NCBI GenBank assembly: GCA_038249055.1
Contig: JBBRWS010000003.1
Coordinates: 24,374 to 88,373 of the forward strand
Length of the DNA: 64,000 nt
Direction: 5' to 3'
Source: Minisyncoccia bacterium
GTDB lineage: Bacteria > Patescibacteriota > Minisyncoccia > Phycocordibacterales > UBA9973
This document shows positions 20,719 to 30,359 of the stretch, one piece after another. Under the pieces are notes generated by a model that saw only the letters and a list, made by a program, of their open reading frames with translations, was not told the origin of the DNA and made no database searches. Every line of letters begins with the position of its first letter. Position 1 is the first letter of the stretch. The translations under genes were made by a program, and so were the position numbers.

Positions 20719-21174
20719 ATGAATGATAAAAATAAATTAGAGATAATAAGTGATTCTTTTAAAAATAATCAATATATACCATTAAAATATAGCTGTAATG
20801 GAGATAACATAAATCCCCCACTTTCTATACTCAACATTCCAAAAGAAACAAAATCAATGGCTCTAATTGTTGATGATCCCGATGCTCCTAGTGGAAATTG
20901 GGTTCACTGGATTCTATGGAATATATCTCCCATAACTTCAAAAATTGAAGAAAATATAATACCCATGAATTCCGTTCAAGGTTTAAATGATTCAAACAAT
21001 AACAAATATGATGGTCCATGTCCTCCGTCCGGAACACATAGATATTTTTTCAAATTATATGCCTTAGATTTTACTCTTAATTTAAATAAAGGTAGCAGAA
21101 AAAGTGATTTAGAAAATGCGATAAAAGGACACATTCTTGCTCAAGCAGAACTGATTGGATTATATTCTAAATAA
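20719..21174 (+). CDS. YbhB/YbcL (PEBP/Raf kinase inhibitor-like) protein
   Basis: DDPDAP.G.WVHW, YDGPCPPSGTHRYFFKLYALD. Confidence 0.93.
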   Translation: MNDKNKLEIISDSFKNNQYIPLKYSCNGDNINPPLSILNIPKETKSMALIVDDPDAPSGNWVHWILWNISPITSKIEENIIPMNSVQGLNDSNNNKYDGPCPPSGTHRYFFKLYALDFTLNLNKGSRKSDLENAIKGHILAQAELIGLYSK

Positions 21175-21244
21175 ACTTATTTACCTTATATAAATCAAAT
21201 AAAAAAAATATAAAACTGGATGAAGACTACAACTTACTTTGAGT

Positions 21245-22420
21245 TTAAACTATAGTTTTCCATGGTTTCAGATAAATGAAAACACATAATGCAATAAAAG
21301 CTATAATTGTTGCAAAAATAAAAGTATACATGGGATTGAAAATCCAAAGAAAACCCGCAATGGCTGAAGCCGGAAGATAAATTAAGCCAGTTACAAAATT
21401 ATAAGTTCCTATAGCAGTAGCTCGTCTATCTTTTTCTAAGTCAGCAATAAATGCTTTATTTTGAGCCTCATCTATACTGTAAAAAATTCCAAATAATATA
21501 AATAATACTATTATTTCCCATTTTTCTGATGCAAAAATAAAACCTACAGACATAATTATATAAGTTATGTAACCTAAGGAAATAATATACTTTCTTCCGA
21601 TTATATCTCCCAATTTACCTACAGGTATAGAAATTATTACAAATGAAATATTAAAAAGTGCATACAAAAGAACTACATCCTTAATAGCAAAACCAACATC
21701 ATAAGCTCTAAGTAGCAGAAATCCAAAACTAAAATAAGCTAAAGAGAAAATACCCGCTGGAATTAAATAAATTTTAAAACGTGAATTCAAAGTTCCCCAT
21801 GCTTTGAAAATATTTTCTCTTTCATGCGGAGTACCAGGACGATCTTTCATTGTTGCTAAAATAATAACTGAAAGAACAGCACCCAAAATAGATACAATAA
21901 AAATAATGCGAAAAGTATTCATGCCTTGTCCCAACCAAAGAATTAAAAAATATGCAATAAAGGGTCCAATAATTGCCCCTGCTTTATCCATAGCTTTATG
22001 TACTCCGAATGCATACCCTCTATTTGATTCTTCTGCTACGTCAGATAACCATGCATCACGTGGTGGACCACGAAAACTTTTTCCAAGTCTCTCAATAATT
22101 CTAAAAGAAGCAAGGATAACAACAGAGTTACCAACTAATAACATTATTTTTGCTAAAGTAGAAAAACCATAACCAGTTATTGCTAAACGTTTTCTTTTCC
22201 CTGATTTATCTGATAGCCATCCTGTAAAATAATCTAATGATGATGCTGAAAAATCAGAAATACCTTCTATTAAACCGAGTAGCGAAGCAGAAGCACCGAC
22301 AACAACAGTGAAAAAAATTGAAAAAACTGAGAAAATTGCTTCCGAACTAATATCAGTTAAAAAACTAACAAAACCTAATTTTAAAACGTCAGGGTGTACA
22401 TTTAAAAATTTTTTTTCCAT
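21245..22420 (-). CDS. MFS transporter
   Basis: GWLSDKSGKRK motif A, RGPPRDA, about 12 TM. Confidence 0.9.
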   Translation of the reverse strand: MEKKFLNVHPDVLKLGFVSFLTDISSEAIFSVFSIFFTVVVGASASLLGLIEGISDFSASSLDYFTGWLSDKSGKRKRLAITGYGFSTLAKIMLLVGNSVVILASFRIIERLGKSFRGPPRDAWLSDVAEESNRGYAFGVHKAMDKAGAIIGPFIAYFLILWLGQGMNTFRIIFIVSILGAVLSVIILATMKDRPGTPHERENIFKAWGTLNSRFKIYLIPAGIFSLAYFSFGFLLLRAYDVGFAIKDVVLLYALFNISFVIISIPVGKLGDIIGRKYIISLGYITYIIMSVGFIFASEKWEIIVLFILFGIFYSIDEAQNKAFIADLEKDRRATAIGTYNFVTGLIYLPASAIAGFLWIFNPMYTFIFATIIAFIALCVFIYLKPWKTIV

Positions 22421-22455
22421 TTGCTACAATTTAATATAATTATAATGAGTTAACC

Positions 22456-23310
22456 TTACTGTTTTTTTAAGTGACCATAACGTCTTGAATATACATAAGT
22501 CAAAGATGCTCCAAACAGGAAAATTTGAACGGAATAATAAACCCACAAAAGAAGAACCACAAAAGCTCCAGCAGCTCCAAAAAGTGAAGTAGCAGCCAGG
22601 TGTACTATGTAAATACCTATAATAAATTTTCCTAAAATAAACAAAGAAGTAGTTACAAGCGCACCACGAACAAGTTCTCTCCAGGGTAATCTTCTTTTTG
22701 GTAAAAAGCGATATATAAAAGTGACAAGAAAATTTAAAACAAAAAATGAAAATACAAATGAAATAATTTGGAATAAAAAGGTGACCTCAGAAAAAATAGG
22801 TATAAATTCTGAAATTAATGTAAGTATCGCACTGAAAACAATTGAAATTATTAATAAAAAACCAAGAATAGGAATCATTGAAAGAGAAAGAAGATGTGAG
22901 GTTACAAAATATTTCCAACCTTTTGTTTCGTCTCCTGATTGATTTGTATCCCAAAGATCATCTAACGAATTCTTTAGTTCATAGAAAACACCCAATGTTC
23001 CTATAATAAGAGTTCCAATACTAATTGTAATTGCTAAAAAATTAAATTTAGCCTCACTAATTCCAATGAGGATTGATCGAATAAACTCAGCACTTTCAGC
23101 ATTTACTAATGTTCTAATTTGCCCAACAATAGCAGTTTGAATGTAATTATGCCCAAGAAATGGACCAATAATAACTAACATAAGCATTAGCAATGGAACA
23201 ATAGAAAAAATGGTATAAAATGAAAGTGCAGCTCCCATGCGAGTAGCACGATGATTTTGCCAATGAATAAATGATGTTTTAATAACTGAAATTATTGATT
23301 TTACTTGCAT
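22456..23310 (-). CDS. YihY/virulence factor BrkB family protein
   Basis: GAALSFYTIFSIVP, LLLWVYYS.QIFLFGA. Confidence 0.9.
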   Translation of the reverse strand: MQVKSIISVIKTSFIHWQNHRATRMGAALSFYTIFSIVPLLMLMLVIIGPFLGHNYIQTAIVGQIRTLVNAESAEFIRSILIGISEAKFNFLAITISIGTLIIGTLGVFYELKNSLDDLWDTNQSGDETKGWKYFVTSHLLSLSMIPILGFLLIISIVFSAILTLISEFIPIFSEVTFLFQIISFVFSFFVLNFLVTFIYRFLPKRRLPWRELVRGALVTTSLFILGKFIIGIYIVHLAATSLFGAAGAFVVLLLWVYYSVQIFLFGASLTYVYSRRYGHLKKQ

Positions 23311-23619
23311 ATTAATTGATTTCTATACGATAATTTTTATATAAACAGTTAAACTATACTTACCCTTCTATTTTAACACAAATTAATTATTTTACTCATC
23401 ACAGAATAATCATTTAAAACTATATTCGTACAATAGAAACAGCAAAACCTTTCATAAAGAAATTTTCAAAATACTTTATAAGGATTTTGAAAATAAATAA
23501 AACATTCAACTTTATTTTTATATAAAATTTAATTATTTGACAAAATATATTTTTTGTTTTCTTTTTATAAAAAGTGTATAACTTTATTGCAAGACTTTTT
23601 TGGTGGATATAAAATTAAC

Positions 23620-23726
23620 ATGAGGTTCAGAAGCATAGTGGTGGTACCGCAAGGGATAGCCAAATGGCTGTACCGTAAGGGAATGTCGTTAAATAGTAGA
23701 ATATTAGTAGGGCTTCTGGATCTCAT
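23620..23726 (+). ncRNA. Putative structured non-coding RNA of unknown class
   Basis: 15-bp closing stem with two G-U pairs (23620-23634/23712-23726), two GTACCGYAAGGGA units with GNRA loops, followed by a terminator. Confidence 0.55.
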
Positions 23727-23759
23727 AAAAATAACCACGTTTATCGCGGTTATTTTTAT
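23725..23759. terminator. Intrinsic terminator
   Basis: ATAAAAATAACCACG-TTTAT-CGCGGTTATTTTTAT. Confidence 0.7.
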
Positions 23760-23779
23760 TTTAGTTATTATTTTAAAAA

Positions 23780-24040
23780 TTAAAAAAATACTTCTATCGC
23801 TCCTTCTCCCCCATCTTCAAGTTTAGATTGATTATAATGAATATTTCGAGTATTAAGATAATTCCGAACAAAATTGGGTAATACTGGGCCATTCGTACTG
23901 TTATTACCCTTATCTACTATTATCTGAACATGTCTATACTTATTTCCAATAACTAAAGAATTTAAAATAATTTCAGTTTCATTGGTAGTATATCCATGTA
24001 AATCTATTTCTCTTTCGGCATTTTGTTTATATTTATTCAC
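23780..24040 (-). CDS. Smr/MutS2 C-terminal domain protein
   Basis: IDLHGYT, IIVDKGNNS, GGEGA. Confidence 0.88.
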   Translation of the reverse strand: MNKYKQNAEREIDLHGYTTNETEIILNSLVIGNKYRHVQIIVDKGNNSTNGPVLPNFVRNYLNTRNIHYNQSKLEDGGEGAIEVFF

Positions 24041-24046
24041 AATATA

Positions 24047-24613
24047 TTAAACTTCAAAAGATTCAAGCGTCTTCATTAAAGCTGAGACGGGAAGACCTAT
24101 AATCCCATCGTAATCCCCACTCATATTTATAACAAATGTTTCTTTAATAGTTTGAATAGCATAAGCTCCCGCTCTTGTAAGAGGTTCCCCTGTCTCCACA
24201 TACTCGTCTATCTCTTTGTCGGATAAATCTTTAAACTTTATTTTTGCCTCAGCTACTTCTGAAATTATTTTTTTACTCTTTGTATCTATAACTGTATAAC
24301 CTGATAAAACAGTATGTTCATTACCACTAAGAATCCTGAGCATTTCTTTCGCACGCTCTCTAGTGTGTGGCTTACCGAGAACTAATCCATTAAAAGATAT
24401 GAAAGTGTCACCACTTATAATAATGGCATCTTCATAATACTGTGCTACACTTTCTGCCTTCCCTTTTGATAAAAATTTTACAAGCTCATCTGGTGGCATA
24501 GGCAATGTCATATCTTCTTCATAATTACTAGCAACCGCCTCAAAGGAAAGGCCTGTTTTAGCCAATAATTCTTTTCTTCTTGGTGATGTTGATGCAAGTA
24601 TAATTTTTCTCAT
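24047..24613 (-). CDS. maf: Maf nucleotide pyrophosphatase
   Basis: IILASTSPRRKELL, GDT, LGKP, AGAYAIQ, IIGLP. Confidence 0.95.
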   Translation of the reverse strand: MRKIILASTSPRRKELLAKTGLSFEAVASNYEEDMTLPMPPDELVKFLSKGKAESVAQYYEDAIIISGDTFISFNGLVLGKPHTRERAKEMLRILSGNEHTVLSGYTVIDTKSKKIISEVAEAKIKFKDLSDKEIDEYVETGEPLTRAGAYAIQTIKETFVINMSGDYDGIIGLPVSALMKTLESFEV

Positions 24614-24634
24614 TTTTAGATTATATCATAAAAA

Positions 24635-24662
24635 AACAGCACTTCTGGGGGGAAGTGCTGTT
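24635..24662 (-). terminator. Terminator of the acyltransferase operon
   Basis: AACAGCACTTC...GAAGTGCTGTT followed by T-run on the minus strand. Confidence 0.75.
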
Positions 24663-24751
24663 AGTATTTTATGATCCTTTCGGTTCATTTTATATGTTTC
24701 ATTTACTAAGAGTGAAACATTTACTCTTTTCTTGAGATTAAAATAATTAAA

Positions 24752-25060
24752 TTATTTTATGAAACTCCTGTTGTGTGCATCTATTGCTTCACGAACAAGT
24801 TCAACCTCTTCATCTGCCCAAGCAGATTTTTTCAACTTATCTGTAAGCTTCTCTTTATCCAATCTATTAAATGAGGATAAACATTGGCCACAAACAACAA
24901 CGCCTTTCATCATGGTACCTTTTTCATATACAACTGGAGATTTCGTATAGATTAACGAATCCTTTTCCCTGTAAAGAAAACTGCATTCACAATTTGTGCA
25001 TCTTCCATACTCAAGAATGCTTCCCAAAATATTACCGAAAAAATTCAAAATTTTTTTCAT
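24752..25060 (-). CDS. Hypothetical protein with two CxxC motifs
   Basis: Likely start MKKILNFF at 25060; CTNC and CGQC. Confidence 0.65.
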   Translation of the reverse strand: MKKILNFFGNILGSILEYGRCTNCECSFLYREKDSLIYTKSPVVYEKGTMMKGVVVCGQCLSSFNRLDKEKLTDKLKKSAWADEEVELVREAIDAHNRSFIK

Positions 25061-25071
25061 CTTCAAATTTA

Positions 25072-26151
25072 TTAATTTTTCAAAATTTCCATAGCCTTTT
25101 CTACACAGCAATTATTATAAATTGCTTTTCTCTCAGGGATAGGAGAAAGAGATGCAATTGAACCCGTAATCAACACAGAAAGTGCTGACAGATTTAAATA
25201 TTCAGCATCTGTAGGTACTTCACCGAGAGTTGCTTTAACTAATTCCAATTTATCAATACAGCACAAAGTGTTCTGTATTTTTGAAAAAGGAATCGGCTCA
25301 CCGCAATACATATCACCTTGTCCAACCCTTAAGTTTTGCAAGAAGTTATCAAGCTCATTTGTACCTGGTACATTTGGAAAGATTGTTTCCCCGCCATTTA
25401 CGTACATAGGTAAAACATATAATTCCTTTTTGGATGCCATTTGCATAAGGCAAGGCAACCTTGAAACGATAGGTTCTGGAACTCCCATCTGAATAGAACG
25501 GTTCTTTTCTGGAAACAAATAAATCATTTTGCTTCCAACCTTAACGTCACTACATAAAGATCTGAGAGTAATTTGATTTTGCATTCTCATTTGTTTAACC
25601 GCACATTCACACCCACTATCCTTCATTTTTTGAATATGTTTCGGTTGAAAAACCGGATACTTATCAAAACCCGAAGTAACAATATTTGCAATTCTAGCGT
25701 ATTCAAACACCTGACTTGCAATAAACGATGGTGTAAAAGAGTTCGGTCGAATTTCAGAGGTTAATTCTTCTGAAATCAAACAATCGAGAGCAGTCGCATG
25801 ATTCATAACAGCCAAAACATTATGACCGCTATTGATCAATTCCAACGCTTTCTGATAATTTTGTGATCCAAAAAGTTTGCACTCTTCAGCTTTTACAAAA
25901 GTACCTATGAGCCATTTTAGAACTGCCTTAGAATCATCACATGGAACATAATGCCCCGTGAAAGTATTAGGTCTCACACTTAATGCATCTAACGATTTCA
26001 ATAGAATTTCTTTTCCTTTTTGGTATCCTTTAATACCGCAATTTGAATATAATTCCACCACTTTTTCTGAAATAAATGACTCCATGTCACTTGGATGATT
26101 ACCCCATGCATTAAACTCAGGAATCAATCCCATTGGTTGAAAATTTTTCAT
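25072..26151 (-). CDS. Glycerolipid (PlsC/GPAT-family) acyltransferase-like protein
   Basis: HX4D motif NVLAVMNHATALD, YLFPE, VLPMYV, CGEPI. Confidence 0.7.
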   Translation of the reverse strand: MKNFQPMGLIPEFNAWGNHPSDMESFISEKVVELYSNCGIKGYQKGKEILLKSLDALSVRPNTFTGHYVPCDDSKAVLKWLIGTFVKAEECKLFGSQNYQKALELINSGHNVLAVMNHATALDCLISEELTSEIRPNSFTPSFIASQVFEYARIANIVTSGFDKYPVFQPKHIQKMKDSGCECAVKQMRMQNQITLRSLCSDVKVGSKMIYLFPEKNRSIQMGVPEPIVSRLPCLMQMASKKELYVLPMYVNGGETIFPNVPGTNELDNFLQNLRVGQGDMYCGEPIPFSKIQNTLCCIDKLELVKATLGEVPTDAEYLNLSALSVLITGSIASLSPIPERKAIYNNCCVEKAMEILKN

Positions 26152-26177
26152 AATTTAGGTTTTAGTTTAATTTAAGT

Positions 26178-26302
26178 TTTGTTTGAATTACCTTACACTC
26201 CATTTAGAAATACAAGGTAATTCAAACAAATATCAATTAATAAAACCATATTTCGAAGAACTACTACCTTTATATAATAGCATATTTATATGTTTTTGTC
26301 AA
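26178..26302 (-). promoter_or_regulatory. Conserved leader copy 1: promoter, boxA-like motif, hairpin
   Basis: TTGACA-N17-TATTAT, GTTCTTCGAAA, 17-bp stem 26178-26194/26214-26230. Confidence 0.8.
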
Positions 26303-26454
26303 TATAATAAATATTAATATTTTTCTATTGTATACTGATAAATTAAGCTTTTTTACTCATAAATCAACTAAAAAATAAAAATAAGGTTAATCACTCTGGA
26401 TTAACCTTATTTTAAACATTCGGCAGATTTTTATATTACAAAAATCAAAATTAC

Positions 26455-27216
26455 TTATTTTTTCATAAATCTTTCAAGTGATTTTGTAATAACCAACGCG
26501 TAATCTTCCCTCACCTTTGGGTCTCTGATTCGCCATAAATCTTTCTCGTTCTTAAAATTTCCAAGTTCAAGAAGAACACATTCTCTGATTTTATTAGTAT
26601 TACTCAAAACATAAATATTTTTAACCCCTTTAGATTTATCTCCACTTGTAATAATAGAATTTACATGATTACTTAATCGATTTTTAATCTCTAATTCTTT
26701 TTTAAGACATAGAGCGAGAAAATTACTCTTCCTACCGGTAATAATACGAGCACCTGCAAATTCTTTTTTTACTACATCAAAGTGTATTGAAATATATACA
26801 ACTTTATGTTTCGGAAAATTCTTTAGCTTTAAATTTGCAAAAGCAACTCTTTTAGATAAGCCAGAACTACCGGCTTTAACATTTGAACGATCAAAAGAAA
26901 AAACCGCATTTGAAGCACATACAATCGCTTGCTGTGGGTCATTATTTATTGGTTTTAATTGATTGGTTTTTATAGTCTTAAAAACTATTGCACCTTTGCT
27001 TTTTAAAAGATTTTCCAATCTAATAGCTACGTCATAGCAGTAGGCGCTTTCGGTTACACATTGTTTATTTTTACCAAACAAACTACTTGCACCAGGGTCG
27101 CTTCCTCCATGACCAGGATCAATCACAACAACCAAACCATATAATTCTTGGCTAGGTACATTTTTAAAGCTAACTAAAGCAATAAAAATAATAACGAGAA
27201 AAAATATTTTTTTCAT
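26455..27216 (-). CDS. N-acetylmuramoyl-L-alanine amidase (Amidase_3), signal peptide
   Basis: VVIDPGHGGSDPGA, E, ISIHFD, VLLELG. Confidence 0.9.
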   Translation of the reverse strand: MKKIFFLVIIFIALVSFKNVPSQELYGLVVVIDPGHGGSDPGASSLFGKNKQCVTESAYCYDVAIRLENLLKSKGAIVFKTIKTNQLKPINNDPQQAIVCASNAVFSFDRSNVKAGSSGLSKRVAFANLKLKNFPKHKVVYISIHFDVVKKEFAGARIITGRKSNFLALCLKKELEIKNRLSNHVNSIITSGDKSKGVKNIYVLSNTNKIRECVLLELGNFKNEKDLWRIRDPKVREDYALVITKSLERFMKK

Positions 27217-27304
27217 ATTTCTCTTTTTTGTAGGTTTTCAAAATAGCGTTTTTCTTCACATTACAAGATATTTTTCATTCTGTCAATCTTTATAACAAAA
27301 AAAA

Positions 27305-27340
27305 TAAACCGTGATTCCAAACAAATGGAAACACGGTTTA
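27305..27340 (-). terminator. Terminator, paralogous to 28899-28934
   Basis: TAAACCGTG.TTCCA...TGGAA.CACGGTTTA. Confidence 0.75.
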
Positions 27341-27356
27341 CTGATTATATTAAAGG

Positions 27357-28718
27357 CTATTTTTTTATAACCTTAAGAGTTTTTCCTGAGACATTTACAA
27401 AATATATTCCAGGTTTATGAGGCAGACCAATAACTGTTTTACCAGCGTTGCATTGTGTTTTTTGTATGACCCTAGAAGTGGAGTCTATAATAGTTAACAT
27501 TTCACCTTCCTTGGTATTTTCAATGTTTAAAATATCAATACAAGGATTGGGAAAAATTTTTAATTCAGAATTATTAATTTGATTAACCGCGGTATGAATA
27601 TCACCAGTGGTATTAATCAGAACTGATAAACCTGTATAACTATTAACAGAAACAATATCTGGTTTCCCATCATTATTTACGTCCGCGACCACAATTCCAT
27701 CTGGATCATTATTATTAGGTGAATTTGTATTAAATACAGTGACAACCTTATTAATAACTACCTGTACACGACCACTTGATATCATGACAATATCATCATA
27801 GCCGTCAGAATTAAGATCACCAACGGAAAGTGCCCCGGGGTTAACCTGATTATCAATATCAAAAGAGATATCAGAGTTAGCTCCCCATACACCAATTTTT
27901 CCAGTAACTGAATAAACTAATTCCTTTCTATTATCTGAACTAATATTTCCAACTACAATTGAAGATGGATTATTTTTATCCGGAATAATGTTTAGATTGG
28001 TCAACATTTCAATGCTTCTATCTTTTCTAAATTTATAAACAGAAACATAATTAAAACCGCCTTGACCATTCATTTTTATTACCGAATTAAAACTATCAGA
28101 CCCGAGCTTTGCAATCTCAATATCATCATACCCTGATTGTGTCGAGGGATAATAATAAGGTAAGGATAGACAACCGATACTATCACAATAATATGCAACA
28201 ATATTGGGTTGATTCCATAGAGAAACTACAATGTCATTTATTCCGTCATCGTTAATATCGCCAATTTTTACAGCATCTACTGTTTTCCCGGCATAAATAT
28301 TAATAGGATGTCCTAATTTACCAACAGTATTTTGATGATAAATAATAATCTCATCACCAGCACCTAATACAACATCACTAAGTCCATCATTATTAATATC
28401 GCCTGAGCTTATAGTGCTCACATCATATTTTTGATAATAAGGATAAACAGCTGATAGCTGTAGGGTATTGCTTGAATCCTGAAGATAAATAAATAATTTA
28501 AAATTAGTATTTACACTTGGATTACTAGCATAAGAACCGGTCGCAACAGCGACGTCTATCTTACCATCGTTATTAAAATCACCTGCCGTCAGGTGATCAG
28601 CTAATGTTCCATTTATGGGATAATTTTTTACCCCTGAAAATGTAACTTGCCCGCAAGCAATGTTACCGATAGAAAGAATACCAAATACAACAACTAGAGT
28701 AATCAGAATTTGTTTCAT
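27357..28718 (-). CDS. Secreted FG-GAP/VCBS repeat protein with T9SS type A C-terminal sorting domain
   Basis: Signal peptide ending ACG-Q; repeated GD(F/I/L)N.DG..D; C-terminal IFPNP...PGIYFVNV...KVIKK. Confidence 0.88.
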   Translation of the reverse strand: MKQILITLVVVFGILSIGNIACGQVTFSGVKNYPINGTLADHLTAGDFNNDGKIDVAVATGSYASNPSVNTNFKLFIYLQDSSNTLQLSAVYPYYQKYDVSTISSGDINNDGLSDVVLGAGDEIIIYHQNTVGKLGHPINIYAGKTVDAVKIGDINDDGINDIVVSLWNQPNIVAYYCDSIGCLSLPYYYPSTQSGYDDIEIAKLGSDSFNSVIKMNGQGGFNYVSVYKFRKDRSIEMLTNLNIIPDKNNPSSIVVGNISSDNRKELVYSVTGKIGVWGANSDISFDIDNQVNPGALSVGDLNSDGYDDIVMISSGRVQVVINKVVTVFNTNSPNNNDPDGIVVADVNNDGKPDIVSVNSYTGLSVLINTTGDIHTAVNQINNSELKIFPNPCIDILNIENTKEGEMLTIIDSTSRVIQKTQCNAGKTVIGLPHKPGIYFVNVSGKTLKVIKK

Positions 28719-28745
28719 AATTTTTATTATTAATTTTTAGTTTAT

Positions 28746-28873
28746 ATTTATTTGAATTACTTTAAATTTCATATAGAAATACAAAGTAATTCAAATAAAT
28801 TACTGTCTAAAAATTATTTTATCAAAGAGCTAAGACTAACTTATATAGTAGCATAAATATAGAGATTTGTCAA
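28746..28873 (-). promoter_or_regulatory. Conserved leader copy 2
   Basis: TTGACA-N17-TACTAT, GCTCTTTGATAAA, 18-bp stem 28746-28763/28783-28800. Confidence 0.8.
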
Positions 28874-28898
28874 TCTATATTCTAATTTCATAAAAAAA

Positions 28899-28934
28899 TA
28901 AACCGTTATTCCAAGCAAATGGGATAACGGTTTA
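28899..28934 (-). terminator. Terminator, paralogous to 27305-27340
   Basis: TAAACCGTTATTCCA...TGGGATAACGGTTTA. Confidence 0.75.
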
Positions 28935-28952
28935 TCAAATAAATTTTCAAAG

Positions 28953-30335
28953 CTAATTCTTTACAACTTTGAATGTTTTACCCGATATATTTACAAAATA
29001 AATTCCAGGATAAAAACCTTCCATACTAACGACTGTTTTATCGTAATCAGTTTTAATCTTCTTTATTACTCTGGAAGTTGAGTCATAAATAGTCAAGATA
29101 TCCTTTCCGTTTGTATTATTAATGTTTACAATATTTTTACAAGGGTTAGGAAATACATTAAGCTCAGTGTCATTAATTTGATTTGTACCTGTAATAATAG
29201 TGGTATTGAGCATAATTGTTAAACCTGTATTACCATTACATGAAACAATGTCTAGTTTCCCATCACTATTTACATCCGTAATAGCTATCCCATCAGGTGA
29301 ATTAATATCTGGTGAATTCGTTGAGAATTTATATATCACCTTATTAACAATCACTTGCACAAAATTATTACTAATCATTACAATTTCATCGATTCCGTCG
29401 GAGTTTAAGTCTCCAGCAGCCAAGGCCCCACTATTATATGGAGTCTGTAAATCAAATGATATTTCAGGAGATGCTCCCCATACATTTATCATTCCATTTA
29501 CTGAATAAATAAGTTCATTCCTTTTGTCGGAAGTAACATTACCCATAACAATAGAGACGGGCATATTATTAACACTATTTGAAATGAGATCTAAATTGGT
29601 TTCAGTATTCAGACTTCTGTCTTTATTAAAATGATAAACAGTAAAAGATAATCTTCCTTTACTGTAGAGTCCTCCTTGACCATACATTTTAATTACAGAA
29701 TTAAAATTATCATCTCCAAGTCGAGCAATCTCAATATCACCATACAATGATGCTCCTGAAAAATACCAAACTGGATAAGCTAATTTGCCCATACTGTCAC
29801 CATAAAAGGCGGCAATGTTTGACTGTCTCCGAAGAGTAATAATGATATCGTTTATTCCATCATCATTTATGTCCCCAATTTTTAGAGCATCAGGTATTGC
29901 ACCACAATAGGTATAAACTGGTGAATTAAATTTACCGTTTACATTTTGGTAAAAAATACCAATTTCTGCTTCTACGGCAATGACAATATCACAGAGACCA
30001 TCATTATTCACGTCACCTGCACCTATTGCCCCCACGCCGTCGGTAGCATGACCATAAGTATAACTATCTGAAAGAATCAAACTGTTGTTCTTATCTTGTA
30101 GGTATACCATTACTTTATAGTTAGTATTGAGACCAGAATCAGTCGTATACGAACTTGTTGCTACAGCAACGTCCTTTTTACCATCATTATTAAAATCACC
30201 TGTTGTAAGGTGATTTGCTAATGTTCCCAAAATTGGGAAATTAGTAAAGGGAGAAAATGTAACTTGCCCGCAAGCGATGTTACTAAACAAAATAAAACCA
30301 AACACAACAAAAAAATTCACTACTAAATTTTTCAT
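28953..30335 (-). CDS. Second FG-GAP/VCBS repeat protein with T9SS C-terminal sorting domain (tandem paralog)
   Basis: Same architecture; NIACGQVTFS, VFPNPC...PGIYFVNISGKTFKVVKN. Confidence 0.88.
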   Translation of the reverse strand: MKNLVVNFFVVFGFILFSNIACGQVTFSPFTNFPILGTLANHLTTGDFNNDGKKDVAVATSSYTTDSGLNTNYKVMVYLQDKNNSLILSDSYTYGHATDGVGAIGAGDVNNDGLCDIVIAVEAEIGIFYQNVNGKFNSPVYTYCGAIPDALKIGDINDDGINDIIITLRRQSNIAAFYGDSMGKLAYPVWYFSGASLYGDIEIARLGDDNFNSVIKMYGQGGLYSKGRLSFTVYHFNKDRSLNTETNLDLISNSVNNMPVSIVMGNVTSDKRNELIYSVNGMINVWGASPEISFDLQTPYNSGALAAGDLNSDGIDEIVMISNNFVQVIVNKVIYKFSTNSPDINSPDGIAITDVNSDGKLDIVSCNGNTGLTIMLNTTIITGTNQINDTELNVFPNPCKNIVNINNTNGKDILTIYDSTSRVIKKIKTDYDKTVVSMEGFYPGIYFVNISGKTFKVVKN

Positions 30336-30359
30336 GATTTCGTTTTTTAAATGGTTAGA

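Noticed and set aside
23554-23826. 90-aa + strand ORF
   Set aside because: TTG start, runs through a terminator and overlaps the Smr gene; the region is better explained as structured RNA.
27357-30335. Diversity-generating retroelement behind the two paralogs
   Set aside because: No reverse transcriptase in the window; differences are spread over the whole genes and are not adenine-specific.
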